From a virus (lineage: Duplodnaviria > Caudoviricetes): DNA of 64,000 nucleotides. A program made the translations under genes and the position numbers. The DNA is taken from positions 32,001 through 96,000 of IMG/VR virus record IMGVR_UViG_2799112265_000002; one strand, written 5' to 3'. The notes under the pieces were generated by a model. The model was not told the origin of the DNA, did not search any database, and saw only the letters and a list, made by a program, of their open reading frames with translations. Below, piece after piece: positions 38,527 to 47,768 of this stretch. Position 1 is the stretch's first letter. Each line of letters begins with the position of its first letter.

Positions 38527-40065
38527 GTGGAACTGTACTTCGGCGGTAGCGAGATCCCCGGCTGGCGCAAGATGCTGGCCGAGGAAGGCGTCGAGACCGT
38601 CAGCCTGTCTTACATGGGCCTGCGGCGCCGGACCAAGTTCGTGCGCCCCTGGCTCATCGCCGACCACTACCTGGAAGGCCAGAAGGTCTTCCTGGACTCC
38701 GGTGCCTACACCGTGAACAAGGCCGACGACGACAAATACACGACGGCGGAACTCAAGGAGATCGCCGCGCATTACGAGGCATTCGTCCAGCAGAACATCG
38801 ACTCGCTTAATATGGTGTCCGAGTTCGACGCGGTCGTTCTCGGACGGGAATGGATAGAGGCCCGGCGCGAGGATTTCTGGGAGGACATCCCCGAAGACAA
38901 GTTCCTTCCCATCTGGCACGCGGAATGGGGCGTCGAAGAACTCGACCGCCTCGCCCAGCGCTATAAGCGTGTCGGAGTAACCCAGACGGATTTGGACGGA
39001 CGGAATCTCGCCCCGGTCCTCAACGAGATCACCAGGAAATACGGAACGCTCCTCCACGGCGTCGCAATGACGAAGCCCGCGGAAATGGCGGCCGTGAACT
39101 GGGATTCCGTCGCGTCCACCTCCTGGATATCCCCCTCGCAGTACGGCGACACCATCGTGTGGACCGGCCGCGAATTGAAGCGGTACCCGAAGAAATACAA
39201 GGACCAGGCCCGTAAGAGGCACCGCACCCTTTTCCAGGAAGCCGGCTTCGACCCCGACAAGATCGAGGACGGAGACAACGACGAGATCCTGCGATTCACC
39301 ATCTGGTCCTGGCAGCAACTCGCGGCGTCCATCGAGCAGCACCGGGCGCCCGAGGCCGAACCAGTTACTACTTCCCCTTCAGGGCTACTGGCCGCTTTCG
39401 CTCAAACACCCGGGGGCACAGTTGATACGGCCACTGGAGAAATGGTCAACGGCGTAGCAACTCCCACCCCTCGCAGGGACCGGCCGCGTACCAACTTGCC
39501 GGTCATCGGCCTGGTGCAGGAGAAGGAGGTCTACACCGACCCCGAAGACGGCGTGAACAAGGAGCGGGACGTCCCGCTGGTGACTGTCCGCTCCCAGTCC
39601 ATGCGGATCTGCTCGTCGTGCTTCCTGGCTCAGAAGTGCCCGGCCTTCGACAAGGACGCGAACTGTGCGTACGACATTCCGGTCGAGGTGAAGAGTAAGC
39701 AGCAGATGCGCTCGCTCCAGGATTCCCTCATCGAGATGCAGGCGCAGCGGGTCCTCTTCATGAAGATGGTGGAGGACATGACCGGTGGTTACGCGGATCC
39801 GAACCTCTCCGGCGAGATCGACCGTCTCCAGAAACTGGTGAAGGTGAAGACGGAACTGGAGCAGGACTCCTTCTCCGTGAAACTGGAGGCCAAGGGGAAC
39901 GGCGCCCAGGCCGGCATGATCAGCCGACTGTTCGGAAAGGACGCCGGTGAGCAGATGACCGCCCTGGAGCGACCCATCCCTGCGGACCGGATGATCGAGC
40001 AGGGCAGCGGATTCATCGACGCCGAGATCGTCGATGTACCAACTTTCTACAACCAGGAAGGCTAG
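38527..40065 (+). CDS. TGT/DpdA-like TIM-barrel protein fused to a 4-Cys domain
   Basis: LYFGG, LSY, FLDSGAYT, PIWH, LHG, DSVASTSW; CSSC..KCP..NC. Confidence 0.65.
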   Translation: MELYFGGSEIPGWRKMLAEEGVETVSLSYMGLRRRTKFVRPWLIADHYLEGQKVFLDSGAYTVNKADDDKYTTAELKEIAAHYEAFVQQNIDSLNMVSEFDAVVLGREWIEARREDFWEDIPEDKFLPIWHAEWGVEELDRLAQRYKRVGVTQTDLDGRNLAPVLNEITRKYGTLLHGVAMTKPAEMAAVNWDSVASTSWISPSQYGDTIVWTGRELKRYPKKYKDQARKRHRTLFQEAGFDPDKIEDGDNDEILRFTIWSWQQLAASIEQHRAPEAEPVTTSPSGLLAAFAQTPGGTVDTATGEMVNGVATPTPRRDRPRTNLPVIGLVQEKEVYTDPEDGVNKERDVPLVTVRSQSMRICSSCFLAQKCPAFDKDANCAYDIPVEVKSKQQMRSLQDSLIEMQAQRVLFMKMVEDMTGGYADPNLSGEIDRLQKLVKVKTELEQDSFSVKLEAKGNGAQAGMISRLFGKDAGEQMTALERPIPADRMIEQGSGFIDAEIVDVPTFYNQEG

Positions 40066-40077
40066 TTAGTACTTCTC

Positions 40078-40227
40078 ATGACCATCTACAAGCAGGATGA
40101 GTCTTTCGGCGCTCCGGATGTGGACGGGCCCGGCGAGGTCGTGTGCAAGCGGTGTTACGGCACCGGAGAGGACCGGGACGGGGCGGACTGTGTCCCGTGC
40201 GAGGGTAACGGTACGGTGCTGGTATGA
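40078..40227 (+). CDS. Small DnaJ-type zinc-finger protein (49 aa)
   Basis: CKRCYGTG and CVPCEGNG; below the ORF-track length cutoff. Confidence 0.7.
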   Translation: MTIYKQDESFGAPDVDGPGEVVCKRCYGTGEDRDGADCVPCEGNGTVLV

Positions 40228-40607
40228 ACAGAAACCTCAGCCTGAAGAGCGCCCTCCTCGTAATCGGAATTCTCGCCGTCCCGGTAGCAGGAATCTCCGC
40301 AATCCCGAATCAGACTTCTCCCCGACTTAATACCGGAATTTCCCAGGAGGATTCTTCCAAGACCGAAGGGGATTCGAATCCGCAACCGGTCGCCACGGTA
40401 ACCCGATACGCGGAGGTGCCGGCGCATCCGAATTCGGGCACGTGCAAGGTGTCGCTCGTAATCGGCCCGTCGCCCGCGGTGCCGGCGCCCACGTCCTCGG
40501 CCACGCCATACGCACCTGTGGCAGGGCTGGCGCATACGCATTCTGTGCAGGTCAAGATTCCGTGCCCCGTGAAGACAGAGACGGAAACACCAACGTCTAC
40601 CAAGTAA
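40224..40607 (+). CDS. Secreted/membrane hypothetical protein
   Basis: Signal-peptide-like N-terminus; ATGA overlap. Confidence 0.55.
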   Translation: MNRNLSLKSALLVIGILAVPVAGISAIPNQTSPRLNTGISQEDSSKTEGDSNPQPVATVTRYAEVPAHPNSGTCKVSLVIGPSPAVPAPTSSATPYAPVAGLAHTHSVQVKIPCPVKTETETPTSTK

Positions 40608-40692
40608 CCCGACCGCGGGCAACCGATAAGGGCCGTGAGCAGCGTGTGATGCAGCTCACGGCCCTTTGCCATTACGCATTCACGATTACGGC

Positions 40693-40760
40693 TTGACGGG
40701 AACCGGTTCGGAAGGCGTAACGTTCTCCGCGTCAGCAACCAACCGCTCCGACCAGGAGGA
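40693..40760 (+). promoter_or_regulatory. Promoter plus conserved leader
   Basis: TTGACG-19nt-TAACGT; ACCAACCGCTCCGACCAGGAGG leader. Confidence 0.6.
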
Positions 40761-40764
40761 CACC

Positions 40765-41070
40765 ATGGCCCGCGGCAGCCGCAAGCGCACCTGGTACACC
40801 CGACTCCGCAGCTCCTACCCCGTCGCCTGGTACTGCCTCCACCGCGACACCCGTAAGTCCACCGAGGGCATGCCCTGGGACACCCCCTGGGCGCGGTTCG
40901 TGGTCCTCCAGACCGAGACCGAGGACGGCCGCCCGCTTGACACCGTGCTCACCCCGAACGAGGCCCGCGTCCTGGCCCGCCGCCTGAACATGGCGGCCGA
41001 CGGCGTCGAGCAGTCGAACATCCGGCAGGGCAACGGCTGGACCGCCGACGCGGTCCGCGAGGAGGCCTGA
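40765..41070 (+). CDS. Hypothetical protein
   Basis: AGGAGG RBS. Confidence 0.75.
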   Translation: MARGSRKRTWYTRLRSSYPVAWYCLHRDTRKSTEGMPWDTPWARFVVLQTETEDGRPLDTVLTPNEARVLARRLNMAADGVEQSNIRQGNGWTADAVREEA

Positions 41071-41073
41071 GAC

Positions 41074-41595
41074 ATGACCACCCGAGACAACCAGCGCCAG
41101 CGCCTGTACGACGCCGAGAACATGGTCCGCGATGTCCTCGACTCCCTCGCTCAGGCCGACGTGCCCACCTTCGACTTCTACGGCTCCAGCCTGCTCGTCC
41201 CGCTGGAGCGGAAGTTCGGAGACCTGGAGAGCATCCAGCGCTACATCGACGCCGTCCTCGCACTCAACTGGGTCCGCGACACATGGCCCGAGCGCACCGT
41301 CCTGCCCGTGCGGGTACGCAAGCGCAAGGGGAAGGTGCACGCGCACTACGAGCCGCTGACGCGCACCCTCGCCGTCCCCGACCACACCAACAGCCGCGGC
41401 TGGGCTATGCGCGAGATCGTCATCCTGCACGAGCTGGCGCACCACCTGGACATGTCCGCGGAGCACCACGGGCCCGTGTTCGCCTCCACCTTCCTGCACC
41501 TGGTGCGCGAGGTGATGGGGCCGGAGGTCGGCCTGCTGCTCACCGACTCCTTCACCCGCCACGGCGTCGCCTTCGGCGTCCTCGCCACCGTCTGA
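41074..41595 (+). CDS. TIGR04338 (Rv0185-like) HEXXH metallohydrolase
   Basis: RDNQRQRLYDAE, AHYE, WAMREIVILHELAHH, HGPVF. Confidence 0.85.
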   Translation: MTTRDNQRQRLYDAENMVRDVLDSLAQADVPTFDFYGSSLLVPLERKFGDLESIQRYIDAVLALNWVRDTWPERTVLPVRVRKRKGKVHAHYEPLTRTLAVPDHTNSRGWAMREIVILHELAHHLDMSAEHHGPVFASTFLHLVREVMGPEVGLLLTDSFTRHGVAFGVLATV

Positions 41596-41604
41596 GAGGA
41601 CACC

Positions 41605-41799
41605 ATGAACCTGCTCGCCTTCCGGTACATGCTGTACAAGCTGCTCACCGGCCGGACCAAGGTGCCCGAGCTGCACGACATCCTCAGCGTCACCCACCTC
41701 AATCCCGAGAGCACCGGGTCGTGGTCCCTGATGGTCTCGGTGGACAACCTGGGGGAGCTGCGCACCTACCGCATCGACATCACGGAGCTGCCGCGGTGA
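41605..41799 (+). CDS. Hypothetical protein
   Basis: GAGGA RBS. Confidence 0.65.
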   Translation: MNLLAFRYMLYKLLTGRTKVPELHDILSVTHLNPESTGSWSLMVSVDNLGELRTYRIDITELPR

Positions 41800-42263
41800 T
41801 CGCGCTGCTCTACACGAAGTGGGAGGTCGGCCTGGAGTCCTGGGCCGCCTCCTACGGGTGCGACATCGAGCAGGCCCCGCGCGAGCTGGGCTACTACCTG
41901 TCGGCCGCCTCCGACGACCTGCCCGGCTGGGAGGACGCCGAGGCGTGGGCCTACCTGCTGCACACCGGGCCGGCCCGCGTGAAGGACGGCCGCATCATTC
42001 TCAACCTGCACTTCCGGCTCGACGTCGACCCCGTGAAGTGGATGGACATGCGCGAGGACTGGGACCGCAGCATCCCCATCGTGCACGGCGTGCGCCGCGA
42101 CGTCCTGCGCTACTTCGCCTGGCAGTTGTACACCAGCGGCGCCATCAGCGAGACCGACGCCGTCATGACCGTCAAGCGCGCCCGGGAGGGCCGCCGGTCC
42201 TGGCAGCACCACATCCCCGATCAGGTCACCGTCTACCGGCCCGAGCACCGCTACCGCGGCTGA
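41796..42263 (+). CDS. Hypothetical protein
   Basis: GTGA overlap. Confidence 0.65.
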   Translation: MIALLYTKWEVGLESWAASYGCDIEQAPRELGYYLSAASDDLPGWEDAEAWAYLLHTGPARVKDGRIILNLHFRLDVDPVKWMDMREDWDRSIPIVHGVRRDVLRYFAWQLYTSGAISETDAVMTVKRAREGRRSWQHHIPDQVTVYRPEHRYRG

Positions 42264-42273
42264 GAGGAACCCC

Positions 42274-42480
42274 ATGTCCCGCATGGACAAGCAGCGCGAG
42301 GCCCGCCTGCGCAACGCCGTCGCCCGCCTGATCAACGCCGGCCTGCGTCAGGCGCCCGTGAGCGACGACGACCCGGTGAGCGCCGACGACCTGTTCGTGT
42401 GGGAGATCGTCAAGGTCGTCCGCAACAGCGCCCTGAACGAGGCCCGCGACGCCGTCGACCGGCTCCGCATCCGAGACTGA
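42274..42480 (+). CDS. Hypothetical protein
   Basis: GAGGA RBS. Confidence 0.7.
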   Translation: MSRMDKQREARLRNAVARLINAGLRQAPVSDDDPVSADDLFVWEIVKVVRNSALNEARDAVDRLRIRD

Positions 42481-42562
42481 AAGCAGTTCCTAGAAGTCGC
42501 TTGACAACGCGTTCTACAAACCCGTAACGTCTCACTCGTCACCAACCGCTCCGACCAGGAGG
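42480..42562 (+). promoter_or_regulatory. Promoter cassette
   Basis: AAAGCAGTTC; TTGACA(42501)-18nt-TAACGT; conserved leader/RBS. Confidence 0.85.
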
Positions 42563-42567
42563 AATCC

Positions 42568-43422
42568 ATGAGCGACAAGATGCTGGACAAGCTGGCCAAG
42601 ATCCTCAACCAGGCCGAGAACGCCTCCACCCCCGAAGAGGCCGCCACCTTCATGAAGAAGGCGCAGGCCCTGGCCACCCTCACGAGCATCGACCTCGCCG
42701 TGGCGCGGCAGCACACCGCCAAGCGCGAGCAGCGCGAGCAGCCGACCCACAAGACGATCACCATCGGCCAGCCCCGCAAGAACAACAACGCGCGCCTGGT
42801 CAACCTGTTCATCGCCATCGCCGACCAGAACGACGTCAAGGTCAACATCGCGATGAACTCCACGTTCGTGATCGCGTTCGGCATGCCCTCGGACATCGAG
42901 GTCGTCGAGGCCCTGTACGCCTCCCTGCTGTACCAGATGACCGAGGCCGCCAATGCCTGGCTGAAGCTGGGCGAGTACAAGAAGGAGACCGTCCTGCGCA
43001 GGGTCACCAAGCGCGACGCCTGGGGCCCGTACAAGGACCTCGTCGAGCGGCCCATGGACGGCCGCACCGCCCGCGCCAACTTTTACGAGGCGTTCACCAA
43101 CCGCATCTCCTCGCGCCTGTGGGAGGCCCGCCAGGAGGCCCTGGAGAAGGTCAAGAAGAACGTCTACACCCTGCCCACCACGGGGGAGAACGGCGTCGAG
43201 TACGAGGTCGAGGTGTCGGCCGCGCTGGTCCTCAAGGAGAAGTCCGACGAGGTGAAGGACTACTACGAGAAAGCCTCCACCGCGAAGGGCTCCTGGAAGG
43301 GCGCCGGCAGCACCGCGCACACCAGCACCACCGCCCGCCGAGCCGGCGACGAGGCCGGCCAGTCCGCCCGCCTGGGCAGCGCCAAGGCCATCGGTGGCCA
43401 GCGCACGTCCATCGCGGCCTGA
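42568..43422 (+). CDS. DUF2786 domain protein (Rv0184-like)
   Basis: MLDKLAKILNQAENASTPEEAATFMKKAQAL N-terminus. Confidence 0.85.
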   Translation: MSDKMLDKLAKILNQAENASTPEEAATFMKKAQALATLTSIDLAVARQHTAKREQREQPTHKTITIGQPRKNNNARLVNLFIAIADQNDVKVNIAMNSTFVIAFGMPSDIEVVEALYASLLYQMTEAANAWLKLGEYKKETVLRRVTKRDAWGPYKDLVERPMDGRTARANFYEAFTNRISSRLWEARQEALEKVKKNVYTLPTTGENGVEYEVEVSAALVLKEKSDEVKDYYEKASTAKGSWKGAGSTAHTSTTARRAGDEAGQSARLGSAKAIGGQRTSIAA

Positions 43423-43444
43423 TCACCCAAGGAGACATGCACTC

Positions 43445-43690
43445 ATGCGCACCATCGCCCGAGGCACGAAGAAGATGCTGGCCGTCAAGGCCGAGTTCAC
43501 CGAGATTAAGGTCTACGACGCCAGCTCCGGCGAGATGATCCCGGCTGACGCCGACCGCGCGTGGCAGGAACTCTTCACCCGCGACAAGGCGCGGCTCGTG
43601 GAGTCCTCCGACGCCACCAAGTACTTCATCCGCATCCACTCCAACCGCTGGTACGAGCTGACGCGCCCCGCCGAGGCTCCCACCGCGTGA
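43445..43690 (+). CDS. Hypothetical protein
   Basis: AAGGAG RBS. Confidence 0.65.
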   Translation: MRTIARGTKKMLAVKAEFTEIKVYDASSGEMIPADADRAWQELFTRDKARLVESSDATKYFIRIHSNRWYELTRPAEAPTA

Positions 43691-43796
43691 TTCCTACGCA
43701 CCCCCTGCGTACGGGCCGTCCGACTCGACACCTGAGCCGGGCGGCCCGTACCGTTCCCACCGGACAGCAACCACCTCGAACCAGGAGGGGCCCACC

Positions 43797-44120
43797 ATGG
43801 CCACGAACCGACAGATGAGCCGCGCCGACTACGAGACGATCTCCGCAGCCATCGCCGAATCCGAGGCAGACCTCCCCGGCCGGCGCACCGTCGCCTTCGA
43901 CATCGCCGACGCCCTCACCGGTACCGCCGACCGCTACGACCCCGTGCTCTGGCTTCGCCAGTGCGACATCGGCCCGGTCTCGCCGGCTGACGTCGCCGAC
44001 TGGAGCAAGCGCCTGGAGCTGCGCGTCGTGTCCATCGGCAAGCGACGCCGAACCTCTCTCGACATGGGTTACGACCACGTCGAGCAGTACGTCGGTGCGG
44101 ACGGCAAGCCCCTGGACTGA
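43797..44120 (+). CDS. Hypothetical protein
   Basis: AGGAGG RBS. Confidence 0.7.
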   Translation: MATNRQMSRADYETISAAIAESEADLPGRRTVAFDIADALTGTADRYDPVLWLRQCDIGPVSPADVADWSKRLELRVVSIGKRRRTSLDMGYDHVEQYVGADGKPLD

Positions 44121-44206
44121 AAGCAGTTCATCGAAACCGCTTGACAACGCGTAATCACGCCGCATAGGGTCCTCACATCGGCAACCAACCACTCCAACCA
44201 GGAGGG
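44120..44206 (+). promoter_or_regulatory. Promoter cassette
   Basis: AAAGCAGTTC; TTGACA(44141)-18nt-TAGGGT; conserved leader. Confidence 0.85.
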
Positions 44207-44212
44207 ACCCTG

Positions 44213-45082
44213 ATGTACCTCACCACCCAGTCCCCGGTCGAGATCGACACCGCGCTGGCCGACCTGTACGGCAAGCTGGCCGACATCAACACCGCCCGGT
44301 TCCGTGTCCACCGGCTCTGGAAGCAGATCGAAGAGACCGAGCCCGGCTCCTACGAGTCCCACCTGCCGGAGCGCTCCCCGGAGCGTAAGCGCGCTCTCTA
44401 CCGCGAACTCCTGGACCTCGCCGCCAAGGCGGACACCCTCCAGGCCAAGGAGATCAACCCCCGCGAGGAGGAGTGGATCCGCCGGGGCCGCTGGAACCGC
44501 TACTACCTGGTGGACAACACCAACGGCCACGTCCACAAGGACACGAGCTGCACCACCTGCTTCTTCGACACGAAGTACGCGTGGCTCGTCGAGCAGTCCG
44601 GCCTGAGCGCCGAGGAGCTGGTCGAGCTGGCCGGCGAGATGGCCTGCACGGTGTGCTTCCCCTGGGCGCCGGTCGACACCCTCAAGCGCAAGTCGAAGCT
44701 GGAGGCGCCGGAGCGCAAGAAGGCCCGCCTGGAGCGTGAGGCCAAGAAGGCCGAGCGGGAGGCCAAGAAGGCCGCCAAGGCCATCGCCAACCCCGACGGC
44801 ACCCCGCTGAAGGTCTTCAAGGGCCACTACCCCGAGCGCCAGGTCGTCCGCAACGGCAAGGTCGTCAAGGTCCACCCGGCCCACGACGCCTACAAGACGC
44901 TGGAGACCCTGCACGCGGCCCGTGGCTGGCTCACGGACTTCTACTACTGGAACAAGGGCGGCGCGCACCCCTCGTTCCGCAAGGAGTCCCTGGACGACGT
45001 CGCCAAGGCCGTCGCCCACAAGGAGGGCAAGGACGTCGAGACCGTCCTGGCCGAGGCCAAGAAGCGGGCCGCACGTCGGTAA
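44213..45082 (+). CDS. Hypothetical metal-binding protein
   Basis: GHVH..CTTC and CTVCFP motifs. Confidence 0.8.
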   Translation: MYLTTQSPVEIDTALADLYGKLADINTARFRVHRLWKQIEETEPGSYESHLPERSPERKRALYRELLDLAAKADTLQAKEINPREEEWIRRGRWNRYYLVDNTNGHVHKDTSCTTCFFDTKYAWLVEQSGLSAEELVELAGEMACTVCFPWAPVDTLKRKSKLEAPERKKARLEREAKKAEREAKKAAKAIANPDGTPLKVFKGHYPERQVVRNGKVVKVHPAHDAYKTLETLHAARGWLTDFYYWNKGGAHPSFRKESLDDVAKAVAHKEGKDVETVLAEAKKRAARR

Positions 45083-45151
45083 GCCGTAACTCGGAAGCCG
45101 TAGGGAAGAACCCGTAACCTGGGAATCTTCCCTACGGCCCCGGAGGCACCC

Positions 45152-45298
45152 ATGCACGCCCAGAAGCAAGACCCCGAGCACGTGCGCGCTGTCGTCGAGC
45201 GTAGGCGCAGCGCCGCGGCCGGCAAGCACGACTCCCGACCGCGCCGGGCCAGGACCCGGCAGTCAGTCAAGCGCGCAGCGCTACGAGATCAGGAGTAG
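45152..45298 (+). CDS. Small basic protein
   Basis: GGAGG RBS; 48 aa, Arg-rich. Confidence 0.6.
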   Translation: MHAQKQDPEHVRAVVERRRSAAAGKHDSRPRRARTRQSVKRAALRDQE

Positions 45299-45301
45299 AC
45301 C

Positions 45302-45553
45302 ATGACCGAGCAGGCCGAAGAGCTGAAGTGCTTGGAGAACCGCACGGGCGAGTGCAGCGGCGCCGTGAAGTACCGCGCCCCGCTGTCCGGCACCGGCCGG
45401 TCCTTCCCTCGCTGCGACGCCCACTGGGCGGCACGGCTGAAGAAGCAGAAGGAGATCCGCAACCGGTACGCGCCGGCCTCCGACGTACCGCCGCGCGGCT
45501 TCGACCCGACATTCTGTGGGGAGTCGTGGGACGAGGACCGCAGTATCGCGTAA
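45302..45553 (+). CDS. Small Cys-containing protein
   Basis: AGGAG RBS; C..C..RCDAH; FDP..GESW. Confidence 0.75.
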   Translation: MTEQAEELKCLENRTGECSGAVKYRAPLSGTGRSFPRCDAHWAARLKKQKEIRNRYAPASDVPPRGFDPTFCGESWDEDRSIA

Positions 45554-45634
45554 AGCAGTTTGTGGGGATCGCTTGACAATGTCGAGCGGTCCCCATTAGC
45601 GTTTCCATCACAACAACCGCTCCCAACCAGGAGG
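45552..45634 (+). promoter_or_regulatory. Promoter cassette
   Basis: AAAGCAGTTT; TTGACA(45573)-18nt-TAGCGT; conserved leader. Confidence 0.85.
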
Positions 45635-45639
45635 TCACC

Positions 45640-45855
45640 ATGCTGGTCACCGTCGCCGTCGAGGACCTGGACACCATCGAGAACCACGGCTCGGTCATCG
45701 CTATCACCGGCACCACCGAGGACAACACCCGCGTCACCTTCGCCGGGGACACCCGCGTCATGGGCGGCCTGATCGAGTGGGTCGAGGAGGCGGGAGACAC
45801 CCTCGTGCAGATCGAGGCCTGGCAGGTCCTGGGCACCGTGCAGCCGGCGGCCTGA
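45640..45855 (+). CDS. Hypothetical protein
   Basis: AGGAGG RBS. Confidence 0.75.
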   Translation: MLVTVAVEDLDTIENHGSVIAITGTTEDNTRVTFAGDTRVMGGLIEWVEEAGDTLVQIEAWQVLGTVQPAA

Positions 45856-45856
45856 C

Positions 45857-46099
45857 ATGGCATCGAGCCCCTTCCGGTCGTTCCTCCCGGCTGAGCGCCA
45901 GGAGGCGGCCGAGGCCCTGATCCGGCTCCGCGAGAAGGAGCTGAAGGTCCTGGAGCGCCGCTGGCGCCAGGAGCGAAAGATCACACGTCAGCGCCTGCTG
46001 CTGACCAGGATCCAGGCGACGCGGAACAACATTGTCAGTTGGCAGGACTACATTTCCGAGGGTTGCCCCCGCGTCCCCAACGCCACCACCCGAGTTTGA
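45857..46099 (+). CDS. Hypothetical protein
   Basis: Tight packing. Confidence 0.6.
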   Translation: MASSPFRSFLPAERQEAAEALIRLREKELKVLERRWRQERKITRQRLLLTRIQATRNNIVSWQDYISEGCPRVPNATTRV

Positions 46100-46113
46100 T
46101 CAGGAGCACCCCC

Positions 46114-46329
46114 GTGGAGAACTTCAAGGTCCTGTACACCGCCGACGGTGAGCGGCGGGTGACTGGCGTCAGCTACAGCCGGAGCGCGGCGGAGACGGCC
46201 GCCAAGCAGATGGGCGGCACGGTCGTCGGCCCCTTCAAGCCCGGCCAGGTGGTCGAGCCGGAGGACGTCGAGCAGCCCCGCGCCGGCCGCGTCGTCCAGC
46301 GCAAGCACACCACGAGGAGTCACGCATGA
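46114..46329 (+). CDS. Hypothetical protein
   Basis: AGGAG RBS, GTG start. Confidence 0.65.
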   Translation: MENFKVLYTADGERRVTGVSYSRSAAETAAKQMGGTVVGPFKPGQVVEPEDVEQPRAGRVVQRKHTTRSHA

Positions 46330-47171
46330 GCCACCGCACCGCCTACGACGAGGCTCTGGACGCCATGCTGGAGGCTGGTATCTCCCGCGGTCGTGCGGAC
46401 GAGCTGCTGCACGCCGTGTGGGAGCAGGGGAAGACCGCTGCCGCGCAGCCCAAGGGCGAGGTCGTCCTCGCGCCGGGGGAGGTGTACGTCAAGGACCTGG
46501 TGGTCGGCGACATCGTCGAGGAGCGCTTCCCTCACTGGTTCCGCCGGAAGATCGTCGTCAAGATCACCGATAAGTCCGCCGTCTTCCGCACCGACAACGG
46601 CCAGGACGGCCGCGCTGCGCTCACCTCCAAGCGCAAGGGCAAGGTCATCGACAACAAGGTCACCAGGGTGGGCCACTACGATCTCACCGACGAGCTGCTG
46701 GGCGAGCTGTCGCTCTGGCACTCCATGGGAGACCTTCGGCGCGCACGGTGGCGCCGCGGTCTGCTGGAGGAGCTGCCGCCATTCTACGAGATCTTCGGGT
46801 ACAGCAGCCCGGAGGAGTTGCCGTTCTGGGACGCGAAGCCAGGGGAGACCGTCGACACGGTGACGATTGCCGGTGGCGTGCGCGTGAACATCAAGCGGTA
46901 CGACAACGAGCAGACCGTGGTGGACGGCAAGACCATCAACGTGACGTGCTGGGGCGCCTCCGTGGTGGACCCCGACCACGACCACGAGTTCGCTGTCCTG
47001 GGCTGGCGCTACCGCGATCAGGACACCGCGCGTAAGACCGTCGACATGCTCGACCACGCTATCCGGGGCGGCTACAACCTGGAGATGGCTGTGCACACGG
47101 TGTGCAATGTGGGCAACGACAACCTGCCCACGATCGACCGGTGGCGCGAGAAAGCCAAGCAGGCCGAGTAG
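46326..47171 (+). CDS. Hypothetical protein
   Basis: GAGGAG RBS; ATGA overlap. Confidence 0.8.
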   Translation: MSHRTAYDEALDAMLEAGISRGRADELLHAVWEQGKTAAAQPKGEVVLAPGEVYVKDLVVGDIVEERFPHWFRRKIVVKITDKSAVFRTDNGQDGRAALTSKRKGKVIDNKVTRVGHYDLTDELLGELSLWHSMGDLRRARWRRGLLEELPPFYEIFGYSSPEELPFWDAKPGETVDTVTIAGGVRVNIKRYDNEQTVVDGKTINVTCWGASVVDPDHDHEFAVLGWRYRDQDTARKTVDMLDHAIRGGYNLEMAVHTVCNVGNDNLPTIDRWREKAKQAE

Positions 47172-47186
47172 TCCCTGGTCCCCAAG

Positions 47187-47223
47187 AAGCCCCCACCGCG
47201 CCCAGCCGGCCGGCGGGGGCTTT
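47187..47223 (+). terminator. Intrinsic terminator
   Basis: AAGCCCCC...GGGGGCTTT. Confidence 0.6.
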
Positions 47224-47244
47224 CGCATGTCCAGGGAACGCTAT

Positions 47245-47295
47245 AAAGCGGTTCATGAGAACCGATTGACAACGCATTCTTCAAACGCGTAACGT
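47245..47295 (+). promoter_or_regulatory. Promoter cassette
   Basis: AAAGCGGTTC; TTGACA(47266)-18nt-TAACGT. Confidence 0.85.
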
Positions 47296-47335
47296 CGTCC
47301 TCGTCAACAAGCCGCCCCCGCATCAGGAGGAAGCC

Positions 47336-47560
47336 GTGAGCCTGGACGCGCAGCCGCTCAACATCGACGCCGAGTTCCCCTCCCACATCCGCGCGAAGCT
47401 GGCCGAGATCATGGCCGTCGGGCCGGCGCTGGCGGACGAGGTCGCGCTGCTCGACCTCTCCGAGGACGTCTCGGACGCCCTCCACCTCGGCAAGGTCGAC
47501 TTCGACGACCACGACGCGCTGCTCGACGAGATCCGCGAGGCCCGCGGCTCCCTCATCTGA
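47336..47560 (+). CDS. Small acidic protein
   Basis: AGGAGG RBS. Confidence 0.7.
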   Translation: MSLDAQPLNIDAEFPSHIRAKLAEIMAVGPALADEVALLDLSEDVSDALHLGKVDFDDHDALLDEIREARGSLI

Positions 47561-47597
47561 CCAGACCACCAACCGCCCGAACCAGGAGGCACGCCCC

Positions 47598-47759
47598 ATG
47601 TTCACGCACTGCGACCGCTGCGGCAACGATCACCCCGGCCAGCTCGTCCGGCATGACGACGGCGCGCAGGAAGCGCTCTGCTTCACGTGCTGGAACCCGA
47701 TCCGGGGGACCGTGAAGGTCCTCAACTGGATCAACAAGCACGGCAAGTTGCAGTTCTGA
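47598..47759 (+). CDS. Small zinc-finger protein (53 aa)
   Basis: CDRC...CFTC; AGGAGG RBS with conserved leader. Confidence 0.65.
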   Translation: MFTHCDRCGNDHPGQLVRHDDGAQEALCFTCWNPIRGTVKVLNWINKHGKLQF

Positions 47760-47768
47760 CCTGGCAGG

